From Octopus bimaculoides (Eukaryota), in NCBI RefSeq assembly GCF_001194135.2, contig NC_068991.1, positions 80,538,877 to 80,597,657 of the forward strand: 58,781 nt of DNA, read 5' to 3'. Shown here piece after piece: positions 11,673 to 23,812 of the stretch; positions within the stretch are counted from its first letter, which is position 1, and each line of letters starts with the position of its first letter. The notes below the pieces were generated by a model. That model saw only the letters and a program-made list of their open reading frames with translations, was not told the DNA's origin and searched no databases. Both the position numbers and the translations under genes were made by a program.

Positions 11673-12639
11673 AGCGCTGTAAAATAATTCAGAAGGTTGG
11701 GCCTCCAGCCAGGCCTTTTGCAATACTCTGGGAACTTTTCAGCACCCCCTTGTACATACATATATCCATACATACGTGTGTGCATTTGTATATATGCACA
11801 TACACACAAGCATTTGTGACATTGTAAATATGACCTGATTGCATTAATCTATAATCCCTCTACAAACAAGTTCATCTCAAACTTAACAGATTTGCTCCAC
11901 CCTTTGATATTTGTAAGCGAAATCAAAGTTGCTTCTGCTAATACAGATTTATTAATGCACGCAGTGAGTGAAGGTGGTAATTTTTCGTGAATAGATTTGA
12001 TTTAAATATCTTCTTCAAAATGGAGGTAAGTTAATTAATTTTAATTAATGTTATTTGTTACTTGTTGTTGTTGTTGTTGTTTAGCCTTGGTTCTATCTAT
12101 TTGAACAGAATAAAAACTGAAATATTCCATTCCGGTAAAGAGAGTCCCATCTTTCTCATGCTATGTAGAATATACATTATCCAAAACTCTCAAACACTCC
12201 ATCCTCTTTTCCCCAAAATAACAGTGTGTAATTTAAGGAGTATTTGGTTGGTATTTCTAGCAGATCAAGTATCCTGATAGAAGCAATCTTATTTGCTTAA
12301 ACAGTTTTGTTGTTGTTTCTCTTCAGGTCAACCTCCATCAAATCAGTCTAAGTTTTCAGCATAGTATATCTAAGACTACATTATCCAATGTATACTTACT
12401 TTTTTTTTAAACCAGGGAGTGAGGTGAGGGAGATTTGGCTGCTATTTCAAGAAGACTGAATAATGAGGTAGATAGTCCCTCATTGGTCCGTATTAATCAT
12501 TTCTTGATTAAGACACTTCTTGTTAGCAGAGGCTGCTTCATATTCTGCAATATTTTCTTGTAATTCTTATTTTCTAAAATTTCTCTTTGAGAAGTGATGG
12601 AATTAATAACAATCAATCTTTCTCTCTCTCTACAGATAT

Positions 12640-12673
<34 letters not shown>

Positions 12674-12675
<2 letters not shown>

Positions 12676-12795
12676 GGGAGAATTTACGAAAAAAACAACA
12701 GACGAAGACAGGTGGTGTAAACAACAAATGGATGTATTAGTTTAACGCTTGGGAATAGAGAAAGTCTTTAATGTTTCGAGCTACACTCTTCATAT
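12674..12795 (-). mobile_element. Penelope-derived short repeat, partial hammerhead-like core
   Basis: Minus strand GAAGAGTGTAGCTCGAAACATTAAAG, similar to 7451-7477; the CTGA part is replaced by (TA)n. Confidence 0.45.
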
Positions 12796-13021
12796 ATATN
12801 NNNNNNNNNNNNNNNNNNNNNNNNNNNNNNNNNNNNNNNNNNNNNNNNNNNNNNNNNNNNNNNNNNNNNNNNNNNNTATATATATATATATATATATATA
12901 TGACACAGTATATAGTTAAGAGTAGCTTCATATGCACACATAAATACATATATACATATGTATGTTTATGTATATATGTGTATGTATGCATGTATCTGTG
13001 TGTGTGTGTGTGTGTATTTGT

Positions 13022-13330
13022 GAGGTAACGTGGCTTAGTGGTTAGAGAGTTGCACTTATGATTGTGGGAGCGTGGTTTCAATTCCTAGACCGGGTGGTGC
13101 ATTGTGTTCTTGAGCAAAACACTTCATCTCACATTGACCTGCAATCACTTTGACACCTGACACGTGGCACACCATGGCACACTGTGGAACCTGTTCACAC
13201 AACATCGATTTGATGATGAGAGTGAGCCAATGTACGGCAAGACGAGCATTTGATCCCAATAAACAAATCATTTGTCGTTCAGCAAAAGCTGAAAGCTCAC
13301 ACATCATCTTTGATGGGTAAGTCCATCATA
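13022..13330 (+). mobile_element. tRNA-derived SINE (second family)
   Basis: A-box TGGCTTAGTGG, B-box GGTTTCAATTCC, then GTGTTCTTGAGCAAAACACTTCAT. Related minus-strand copies at 17420-17630 and about 48560-48680. Confidence 0.8.
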
Positions 13331-13344
13331 TCTTTATATATTTA

Positions 13345-13500
13345 TGACAGGCTTCTTTCTGTTTCCATCCACCAAATCCACTCACAAAGCTTTGCTCACC
13401 CTGGGGCTATAATAGAATATATTTGCTAAAGATGCAATGCAGTGGGACTGAACCCAGAACCATGTGGTTGGGAAGCAAACTTCTTACCAAACAGCCATGG
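13345..13500 (-). mobile_element. 5' half of CORE-type SINE
   Basis: CAAATCCACTCACAAAGC...GCAGTGGGACTGAACCCAGAACCATGTGGTTGGGAAGCAAACTTCTTACC. Confidence 0.85.
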
Positions 13501-13659
13501 CTGTACTTGTACATGTGTGCATGGACACACAAACACATGCACATACGCACACATATATGCTGTATGTATTTCTGTGTACAGATGAAGCTACTCTTAACTA
13601 TTTACTGTGTCAATAAAATATTTTAACTTTCCAACACTTTAAAAATTAGTGAAAATGCA

Positions 13660-13887
13660 AACATCTTTGCTGAACTAATGAGAAATCTACAATTACTTAA
13701 TACAAACTATAACTTTAGATTTATAATTATAATCATTGGAGTACATGGTTTCTTAACTATCTGCTTCAGCAGCAATTTTGAGAAGCTAGGCTTCAGGAAA
13801 CCAGAAAGAAACGAGATAATTAGGAAATTACAGCTACAAACCATAAGTGACATTATGAAAATACATAAATTATTAGCCTGTAATTAG
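13660..13887 (+). mobile_element. C-terminus of an RLE-type (R4/Dong-like) non-LTR element
   Basis: YNFRFIIIIIGVHGFLTICFSSNFEKLGFRKPERNEIIRKLQLQTISDIMKIHK resembles the PIIVGALG...LQ...GTVKI end of restriction-like endonuclease LINEs. Confidence 0.6.
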
Positions 13888-13889
13888 TG

Positions 13890-14262
13890 TCCCTGGCACA
13901 CCACTCCCCAAAAGGTATGAACAAACAGAAGGCAAGCACATGCAAGCACAGAAGACGCACTTCAAGGGTACACCCAAAGCTTTATTGAACAGATTTAAGA
14001 GTAGCCCTGAAGCCTGGCAGACGCAAGCATAAAACCTTCCTACCTGGTGAAGCTACACCAACAGAGACCCTAACCACTTCTTATGAACAGAACTGCAGGA
14101 CTGTAGGAACACAGACAAAATGTGAACTGCATAATTCCAGAATCAACTCCTTATTTTTCAATCCTGGCAGGCCACCACTGCCTGATCTGCAGTAGAGCCT
14201 TCTGAGCACACATTGGTCTGATTGACCACAGCTGGACATTCTATCCCTTGTCATCTTTGTCC
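13890..14262 (+). mobile_element. RTE (BovB-like) LINE 3' remnant
   Basis: Ends HHCLICSRAF*AHIGLIDH, the terminal C2H2-like motif of RTE/BovB ORFs. Confidence 0.7.
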
Positions 14263-14877
14263 ATTGTTGTGAAGATCCTTCACTTTAAATGTTGTTAATG
14301 ATTGTGGCTCAACCAATCAGCACTGGCTATCTTATTATTATGATACATATGCCAAACTTTGATGGAAGTGCATGGATTTTTTTGCCAAATAATTTTAATG
14401 AAGATTCTAGAATTTTTGCTTATAGTCATAAAAGCTGGTAAATTCAACCTCAAGTCTGAAAGCCACTAAGTTGTCACTGAGTCGAATCTATGTCACTTAG
14501 TGAATTGCTCTCTCCTCTTCTTTCACTTTTCTTTTATTACATTCTTATGGTACACTTGACAAAAAGCTCTGACCTTAACTTGTAGAGTGCGTTGTGTAAT
14601 GCACATTATGCAGTGATTGAAATTCCTTGCACTACTTTCCTAACTGTTATGGCCACTGAAGATTGTTTCATTATATTATTAGATGTACACTTGTAAATAT
14701 GCGTTAATAAAATATTTGAAAACCCAATGAAATTTTATTGTAATCATTGTCCTCACATGAAAACCTACTTAATATTGTGAACAACTAAAAATTTGTGACT
14801 AACAACCACACTGAAAATTGTTGTGTATCCATTATTTATTGGATCTGCACAAAGAATTAACAGGTGATTTATAAATG

Positions 14878-15262
14878 TTTAAACCCCTTTGATGCTAACA
14901 TACCTGAAACAACCTTTTGGCCTTCTTGTATTAAATTGATTTAAATTAAAACTTTCCACCTAAATTTTATGTTCATTTATGTTCCAAACCCCAGCTTAAA
15001 AACGATAAAGTCATTTTACTAAATTCTTCCTTATTTTCAAAATGAATTGAAACAAAGTCAGCATTTTTCCACAGAAATTATGGTAACAAAAGTGTTAAAT
15101 TGTCAAAAAATTTTGATGAAAGGTTTTAGTTTTAAATCACTTTATGTCCCAAACAGCAGCTTAATAATAGTAAAATTGTTTTACTAAATTCCTCGTTATT
15201 TTCAAAACTAATTAAAACAAAGGCAGTTTATTTCAATGGAAATATGGTAATGAAACAGCTGA
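14878..15262. mobile_element. piggyBac-like non-autonomous element fragments with a duplicated 3' segment
   Basis: Starts TTAAACCCCTTTGATGCTAAC; about 14990-15110 and 15145-15260 are two diverged copies ending ATGGTAACAAAAGTGTTAA / ATGGTAATGAAACAGCTGAA. Related piece at about 19660-19745. Confidence 0.5.
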
Positions 15263-15744
15263 AAATAAGTTATGAATTCTGCTGACACAACAACTTGACA
15301 TGAAGAAACCTAACAGTGCTTTATCATTTCTAAAAATAATCACGTTACATTCTTTCATAAACAAATATTATTTTCACAAAGAGATAATATCATTTCGCCA
15401 TCTCACTCAAGTTTAATTCAGCCTAAACTCAGCTATATTTTGTTTATATTGTTTATATTGGTTGGGAGATGGGTGAATATCAAAAAGCAAAGAGTTGGAC
15501 TACTTAAGATCTCTGCTTATCCGACATATTTTGTCCAAACCATGAAGACAACATACAAAGGAATGGAATGCATAAGAACATCAATTAATTGCAGAACAAA
15601 TAGATGTCTGGAGGGGAATTGTTTGAGCAGAACCTAAGGTATTTTATTTGAAAAATGTTCAAATTGCCTGGAAAACCAGGAGATTATAGAACAAGTTGAT
15701 TACACTAATTAATGATGTAGCCATGCTAAAATTGTATTACTCTT

Positions 15745-15938
15745 ACTCTCTTTTACTTGTTTCAGTCATTTGACTGTGGCCGTGCTGGAGCACCACCTTT
15801 AGGCGAGCAATTCGACCCTAGGACTTATTCTATTGGTCTCTTTTGCCAAACCGCTAAGTTACGTGGACATAAACACACCAGCACTGGTTGTCAAGCAATG
15901 TTGGGAGGACAAACAGACACACAAACATATACACACAC

Positions 15939-15985
<47 letters not shown>

Positions 15986-16149
15986 CGATGAACTTCTTTC
16001 AGTTTCTGTCTACCAAATCCACTCACAAGGCTTTGGTCGGCCCAAGGCTATAGTAGAAGACACTTGCCGGAGGTGCCATGCAGTGGGACTGGACCCAGAA
16101 CCATGTGGTTCATAAGCAAGCTACTTACCACACAGCCACTCCTACGCCT
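15745..16149 (-). mobile_element. full-length CORE-type SINE
   Basis: Runs from the tail (CTTTTACTTGTTTCAGTCATTTGACT) to the head (CTTACCACACAGCCACTCCTACGCCT) with an internal microsatellite. Confidence 0.92.
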
Positions 16150-16199
16150 ATTGCTGAGAAAATAAAAATGATATTAGTAAAATGTTTGATTACAGCTCT

Positions 16200-16440
16200 G
16201 GTAATGGATGTCAGAATGTCATAGGAAAGAATTCTAAGATGGATTCTTCAAGCCAAGCCATCCAACAAGAGACTTTGCAGTAAACCAAGAATCAGAAAAC
16301 TGGATTCCATCCATCGTCTCAATTGGTTACATTTTGGAATCCAGCAGGAAAGCGAAATGATGATTGCTTCTGATCAGATCCTATGAAGGATGTTTCTGAG
16401 AATTCCACCCACCCTGGATCTTCCCATGAATAACGAGCAG
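16200..16440 (+). mobile_element. LINE (RTE/L2-like) ORF2 3' remnant
   Basis: MS*ERILRWILQAKPSNKRLCSKPRIRKLDSIHRL fits the RIPRxILxxKPxGKRxRGRPRxRWxD motif. Confidence 0.65.
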
Positions 16441-17419
16441 TAAAGATGGTTGGTTGATGGATGGAAATGACAATATTTTATGATACTGTTGATACTTGTA
16501 TATCGTTGCCATATCAAGGAAGAAATTCAAAGAGGAACTTAGAACTGAAGAAATATATCCTGTTCTACCGAAAGATGATAATCTTGGAATAAATAAGGTG
16601 TGTTACAGGTTCACATGGAAATTAGAACTTGTGGAATGGAGCAGTGGCCATCTGTTTGTTCTGGTTTTTGTCAACAATGTATACAGACCAGTTAATATTG
16701 CTAATCTGGAAATAATGAAACATCTCTGTCAGTTAATCCACTTTTATGGCTCAAGGTTAATCAGTAAATACATCCATTCACATGTACACACACCTACACA
16801 CACACGCACATAGACATAAACACAACATACATATACATCTGCATACATGTACATGCATGGAAACACATATATACACACGCAAATGCATGACTGGAGACTG
16901 TGAAAAGACTTACCACAAATATTGCAGACATGTTTCAGTTCTGAATCTGTTATTTCATTGTGTCTTTTTTTTTTTTGTGCATGTTTTGATTCTCTTTGGA
17001 CCTTCAGAGGTTTGTATTTATGTAAATATATATATATCCACACAAACACACACAGAATCATGCACAAACACTTATACACACACAAATGCATGTGCATACA
17101 TATGCACACATCTAGAGATGAATAAACAAGTGACCCTTCACGTGGTTGTCTGACCTGCTAGGAAGAGCAGCCATGCGTCCCCCAAATCAAACACCACCAT
17201 CGCTTTAGAAAGGGAGATTTTGGATAATGTAATTTTGGACAGGGCTTTCTTATTAGCACTTTAGTCCCTCAGACAAACGACTGTAGTGGGTCCCCAACAT
17301 TTAGTTTTTATTAACAGAAAACTACAACGAACATACATTAACATTAGAACCGTAGACCAGTGGGTTCATTGGACAACTGCACCCTGTGCTTATGTCGTAA
17401 GACAGCATTGGTTCTGGAC

Positions 17420-17630
17420 TGTCAATACAGAGGTAAAAGACAGAATGGTCACAACTGGATTCTCTTTCATTGTAGATGTGAGCTTGCAACACTTGTCAGG
17501 TGTCAATGTGATTGCAGAGCCATGGGAGATGATGTGTTTTGCTCAAGAACACAATGCACCACCTCATCCAAGAATTGAAACTACTATCTTTTGGTCATGA
17601 GTGCAACACCCTAACCACTAGGCCATGCAT
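17420..17630 (-). mobile_element. tRNA-derived SINE (family of 13022-13330)
   Basis: TTTTGCTCAAGAACACAATGCACC...ATTGAAAC...CCCTAACCACTAGGCCA is the reverse complement of that head. Confidence 0.8.
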
Positions 17631-18549
17631 ATACAGACATATGTATATATACACTCACACACACACTTATTCTATGTAGTGACCAGGTATGATCTGCTAA
17701 AATTAGCAGACAAATCTGCCTCAAATCATTTGCCCATCTAACAATTCCCTTTCATTAATTAGGGGCACATTAAGTACACTATATCTGATAAATGAAAGAA
17801 GGGATTGGATGGTCGTAGCTTTGATCATGAAATGCTTGGCTGATCATGGGACAAACCTGGGGCTAAACACTAACACAGACCAACATATCATCACCGGACA
17901 AAATATCAAACAGATTTTAACAAGGAAAACAACCAAAAGCTATGCTTTCTTAACTCTTCATCGTCAGACTCAAGTAAGTAAATCCCAGATGTTTCTTGTG
18001 TTTCAATAAATCTCCCACTCCCACCAACTTGCCAGCATCTGTTGCCAAAGCTGTATTCTGGAGCCTGGCATCTGAAATACTTTACTATGAATCAAAGATG
18101 GAGTTTCATTTAGTTATTTAGTCGTTTATTTATGCATTTGTTATTTTTTTTTTGTGCCGTTTTATGTTGAATTTGTTTTTTGCTATGGACTGAGTACGTG
18201 TGTGTGTGTGTTTCTGTGTGTAAATACATATACATCCATGAATACATAAATATTTCATTATTACTATCATCACCACCACCACCAACATTATCATTACCAT
18301 TGCAATCATCATCGTCGTCGTCGTCATCATCATCTTCATCATCATCAAAATCATCTTCATTATCATATTCATAGTTTTTACAATTGCTATTCAAAGTTGA
18401 ATACCATCGAATCGTGATGCCAATCCTTATTTTTCGGTAGGCTTCCTTATTGCACATCTTCTCCAGCACTTTTGGTGTTTTTGCAGGATGTCAACAAATC
18501 TTGCTTTTGCCCAACCAACTTTATTGTGAAAACACACACACACACATCC

Positions 18550-18925
18550 ACACCTGTTTCTCAACCATGTAGTCCTGGGTTCAATCCCATTGCATGGCAA
18601 CCTGGGTAAGTATCTTCTGCCATGGCCCTGGTCTGACCAAAACCTAGTGAGTAGATTTGGCAGACAGAAACACAAAGAAGCTTTCTTTGTAAATACATGT
18701 GTGTGTGTGTGTATGAGCATGTGCATGTGTTCTGTATGCGTGTGCATATTTGTGTACCCTTGTCTTCACATCACATAATAGTTGTAAATGAACATGTCCA
18801 GCCATGGAAACAGGTAAGGGTTGGTGACAGGAAGGATATTTATCCTTAGAAAATCTGCCTCAGTGAGTTCCATCTGACCCATGCAAGCATAGAAAAGTGC
18901 ATGTTAAAATGATAATGATGATGAC
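18550..18925 (+). mobile_element. CORE-type SINE with RTE-like (GAT)n tail
   Basis: GGGTTCAATCCCATTGCATGGCAACCTGGGTAAGTATCTTCT ... GAAAAGTGCATGTTAAAATGATAATGATGATG. Confidence 0.8.
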
Positions 18926-19865
18926 ATACCGTCCTCATCATCGTTATCATTGTCATTTTAACATCCTCTTTTTTGTGCTTGGCTGGATACTCTTCCTGTT
19001 GCCAACCCTCACTTGGTTCTAAGCAAAGTAATAGTCTCCCTTGACTAGACATGTTTCCATAGCAAGATTGGAAACGGAAGATTCCACTTGTATGACAGTA
19101 ATAATCATACAACATGTAGATAAAAGAAGGAAGGAATGCAATCAGTTTTAGACGTCTGGTTTTCTGCTGCCGTCATGTAATCTTACAAAACTTCCTCCTC
19201 AAAAGTGTTTATAAATTCTGAACCAATTTCTTTGGTGAAAGATTGGGTTTTTAGTAAACGAATTCCGGTTATCTTTTTACTCCTGTGATATTTTTTTTAT
19301 AAAAAGATATCTTTTTGCAGATCAAAAAAGGTTAGAAATGGTAAACTTTGGATGGTAAAAGGCAGCTCCTTAATGTAACTAGTTTAGTTGTTTTCAAAGC
19401 AATCAAAATAAGGTGCCCTCTTAGAGAATTGGTTGACACCAGATAAGGATTACGATTGGTTCTTAACCAGCAGCCAATTCTGCTTTTATTTAACACTTTT
19501 TGAGACCAGCCTGCCAGAAGCTGCACCTGCTTCTGTAAAGTAAACTTTTTCTCTGTGTGTGTGTGGGGGGGGGGTATCACCATCATCATCATCATCATCA
19601 CCATCATTTAATGTCCACCTCCTGTACACATGCAAACATTTATAAATTACAGCCTCACATCAAAATTTCATGTTCATCTTTGTTACAAACAACATCTTAA
19701 TAGAGACAACATTAATTTGCTAAATTCTTCATTATTTTCAAAATTAAAGTAAATTTATTCATCCATTTCCTTTTTTTAATTGGAATTTACTTTAAAGAGT
19801 ACTTATTCTATAAATGAAAGTCTATAAATGATAGAGAATGTGTAGAATCTGTCTACACACACACA

Positions 19866-20060
19866 CACAAGGCAAGGTGGCAGAATTGTTAGCCCACCAG
19901 ACAAAGTGCTTGGTGGTATTTCATCCATCTTTCCGTTCTGAGTTCAAATGTGGTCAAGGATGACTTTACCTCTCATCCTTCCTGGGTCCATAAAATAAGT
20001 ACCAGTTAAACACTGGGGGCCGATGCAATCAATTATGCCATCTCATTAGAGTTAACATAA
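19866..20060 (+). mobile_element. Meta/MESC-domain tRNA SINE, CpG-decayed
   Basis: TGGCAGAATTGTTAG ... GTTCTGAGTTCAAAT ... TCATCCTTCCTGGGTCCATAAAATAAGTACCAG. Confidence 0.8.
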
Positions 20061-20487
20061 GTGACAAAACATAAAGTTAGGACAAAATATTAGAGTGAAC
20101 AAACTTGGTGCATAAGAAAATTAGACATTTCATTCTTAATGATCTGACATATATATATATATATATATGTACACAGGTATAAGCATTTACATGCATGTAT
20201 GTTTACATGCATATGCATCATTGTAAGTATCAGTGTGCATACTGTGACAAATGGGAATACATGCATACATACATACATACATAAGTACATGCATACATCA
20301 GTACATCTATATGTACATACTACAAGCTTAACTGTTGGAATGTTCAACAGATTTTTACATATTTTTACAGTTTCATCAACAGTTTGTAATTAGTAATTTT
20401 TTAATTAGCCATGTTGCGTATGTAGGAAAGCATGTATTTATTCATGCATGTGTGTGCATGTTTGTTCCTGTGCAAAGTTCAAATTTT

Positions 20488-21715
20488 ATTGGTTCTTTGC
20501 TGAGGCAGAGCAGAACCAAATTTTTCTTAGGTTCTAGTTTTATGTTTCATGTTGTATAAATGTAGGTTTACATGTAACATGAGAGGATGAACATGTATAA
20601 ATTATATAATAAATTTAAGAGAAGGTCGTGTAGCTTGCAGCAACACTGACTAAAATAGTTATTTTTGTGTTCGATTGATTTCTAGAGACACACAACAAAA
20701 TGCTTCTTCACAGAAACAGTCCTTCACACTTTATTGGAGCTGCTTGTCAGTTTGAGGACTCAGACCACAAAACATACCACAGCACTCAGGTCCTCTCTGC
20801 TCAACCATTTCAGAGCGCAAGAAGAATCTGAAAGTCCTTAGGGTTTCAAAAAGGTACCCTGGGCCAAATTTGTCACCAATGATAGATTGCAGATGGCACC
20901 AACTGAAGAAAGTCATATACCAGCCTTTGGCTAATGAAGTTCTTGTCAAAGTATGGCATGCATTCCTCACTGAAGATAAATGTTGCAGTTCCACAGAAAG
21001 ACCAGTTTGAAATTGCATGTAGAAGACAGGTTTGAACCGAAACAACTGAAGAAAACAATTAAGAAGCTAAGACCAGTTGAGGGTGATTAACAGGAGGATG
21101 TAGAGGGCATCTTTCTGTAGGTGAGGGCTGATTCAGTGTTTAGTGTTCCAGCCATGTAAAGTGTAGAGGCTGAGAGCAGAATGCTTATGACCCTGACATC
21201 CTAGCTGAAGATTCAGAAGGCTTTGAAACAAGGATAGAGTTTTCATCACCATCAGAAGACAAGTTTGCAACATCTTCAGGTAATTTCTCCAGTTTCTGTT
21301 TAGAGTTAAACATCATTGATGTTTATTTGACTCTCAGGAGGGGAAGGATGCAAATTTGTGAATAGAAGGATGCTGTTAAATTGATTTTGGCTGATGCTTG
21401 GCGTTCATCAATTCTAGAGGGATGAAAGGCAAAATCAGCCCCAATGGGATTTGAACTCAAGCTAGTATGGAACACAGACGTTAAATGAGGTTGATGATGG
21501 TGATGATATCAACACAAATATGAACACATCAGTTGACTGAAAGTCTGCAGAAAAAAGATTGTAAATAAAAATATACATTTTTAGATTAATAAGTTTTGGT
21601 TTTGGTCCAAATCTGTGGCACCTTCAGTGCCTTTTACTATAGCCCCAGGCTGACCGATGCCTTGGTAGTAAATCTGGAAAGTAGAAACTGTAGAATACCT
21701 GCCACCATATCAATT

Positions 21716-21746
<31 letters not shown>

Positions 21747-22095
21747 GTGTTTAATGTGATCTGGTCAGAAGGATTTTGTGGAGGCAGATTTTCTATGGCA
21801 AGATGCCCTTCCTGTAGAAAATACTCATCTCTTTCCAAAGATGGTAAACAATTCCAATGGAAGACAGGAAGCAAACAACACTGTCTGTCTTTGGAACACA
21901 GTAAAACATTGAAAATAACTATTTTGGTCAGTGTTGCTGCAAGCTACATGACCTGCTCTCACCTGTATTATATACCTTATACATGTTCCTCCACTCATGT
22001 TACATGTAAAGCTACATGAAAGCATACAAAATAAAACTAGAACCTGTGAAAACCTGGAACCTGCAGCTCTGCTTCAGCAATAAGGAACAGTCAAT
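20488..22095. mobile_element. unit bounded by about 220-bp inverted arms with a decayed coding-like interior
   Basis: 20488-20710 aligns to the reverse complement of 21865-22095 (shared blocks AGGTTCTAGTTTTAT, TTTACATGTAACATGAG, TGTAGCTTGCAGCAACACTGAC-AAAATAGTTATTTT). The inverted repeat is certain; the element class is not. Confidence 0.6.
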
Positions 22096-22668
22096 GAAAA
22101 CAGGTCAGGGTTGGCAACAGGAAGAGCATCCAGTTGTAGAAAAACTGCCTCAACAGATTCCATCTGACAAGCATTGAAAAGTGGACTTGATAATGATGAT
22201 GATCTTGGTGATAGGATTTGAAGAACAAATACAGTAAAGGTTCTGCCAAACCAGCCAGTTGAATCCATCCATGGCCTTCAAACCTGTGCTAACAACATTT
22301 CATTTAATGCCAAATGCTCCAGCAAACCATTGATTCACAAAAACCAATCAAACGACTCTTGCAGACGTTTCTGGTAAAAGAGACTCTGCTGGGGTAGACA
22401 AAATGGCAGAGAAAAAGGAACACGTCTGCCCACCTTCGTTCCTTTCATCTGGTGAAAAGGATCGACTGTTGCTGCTGCTGCTACTACTACTACTACTACT
22501 ACTGCCGCCACCACCACCACCGCTGCTGCTGTTACTGCTATTACTAGCTACTGAGAAAGCTTTTTAGGAGCCACTCAACCTGCAAGAAATAGCAGTCAAG
22601 TATCTTTCAAACTACAACAAATGAAAATGTCATTAGATGTCAGACTGATGTGTGAGTGTGTGTGCGTA

Positions 22669-22750
<82 letters not shown>

Positions 22751-22873
22751 TAGATAGAAAGACATAGATATACACACTAAGTATGGGTGTTTAGTTCACA
22801 GGTGATCTAAATGTTTAGGTACGCTAGGTAAGTGCTGTTATGGATTACTTAACGTTTGTTGTCCTCTAACAAT

Positions 22874-22917
<44 letters not shown>

Positions 22918-23124
22918 GTTGAAATTTACACACACATACAACACACAAAAGTATACATACATACTAGTACATTATGCGCGCGCGCATGTGTGCGTGCGTG
23001 CGTGTATGTGTGTGTATTCAGACGAGATAGTCATGGCTAGAAAGGATTTGATCATGGGTTCGCTTGATTAGAAACTTAGGTGACAGCAGTAACCACGAAA
23101 TTTACTAACGTTGTTATTACTCAC

Positions 23125-23282
23125 TTCTGAAATTGCAATTTTATTACTTAATCAGTGCTACATACTACTACTACTAGTAGTAGTATGTAGCAGCAGTAGT
23201 AGTAGTAGTAGTAGTAGTAGTAGCAGCAGCAGCAGCAGTAGTAGTAGCAGCAGCGATTGTGTATGAAGATGTATTCAACCAG
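23125..23282 (-). other. candidate non-coding (5'UTR) exon
   Basis: Strong acceptor tttattttttcggttctcag|CTGG and strong donor CAGAA|gtgagt. All three frames are closed and it contains a (TAG/CAG)n tract. Confidence 0.35.
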
Positions 23283-23328
23283 CTGAGAACCGAAAAAATA
23301 AACCATACACAATCCAGACATTTTACTA

Positions 23329-23812
23329 GTCACGTGCTAGGTCAGCTAGGTCATGTATGTCAAAGGTTAGGTACTATGTGAGTCACCTAGGTCATCTTGT
23401 TGTTTAACCTTCGGACAATCAATCCCCTTCGAGACCATCCTCCTCGTTTTTTTAAAATTTTATTTTTGTTGTTGATGTTTTCCGGAAGCCGGGTATCCGG
23501 GTATCCGGGATTGTATTTTGTCATGCGTCTTTCTCTTTCGAAGAATATGATCTGACACAGATTTGGCTGCTATTTCTAACAGCTCAAGCAACCACACAAA
23601 GATATTGGCTTCGACAGAAATGGAATAGATTTTGGTACTAAAAAGAAAACCTAGTTTTTTTTTTTTTCATCACAAATCTTATAGCGCCATCTGAGTCACC
23701 TAGTTAAGATAAAGGTCAAAAGTTACACTCAAACCAGAGCTAGTTAGGTCATACTTAGGTCAAAGGTTGTACTCCTTCTTTACAACTTAGGTCAAGTGCA
23801 GGTCAAAGGTTA
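23329..23812 (+). promoter_or_regulatory. cluster of nuclear-receptor response elements with AP-1 and E-box sites
   Basis: Perfect AGGTCA at 23339, 23348, 23389, 23713, 23746, 23757, 23789 and 23800, arranged as DR3, DR1 and two DR5+DR1 composites. TGAGTCA at 23379 and 23692; GTCACGTG at 23329. Confidence 0.65.

Noticed and set aside
11890-12025. Plus-strand gene built from scattered GTAAGT/GTGAGT donors (6380, 12025, 17967, 25367, 35591)
   Set aside because: Such hexamers occur by chance every few kb in AT-rich DNA, and no consistent reading frame or homology links them.
16496-16813. 105-aa plus ORF or overlapping minus exon at 16705
   Set aside because: No recognisable homology, no convincing donor, and it runs into a microsatellite.
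22335-22550. Ser/Gly-rich coding exon or MAEKKEHVCPP start
   Set aside because: Built around trinucleotide repeats; the apparent acceptor is part of a dispersed repeat and frames close quickly.
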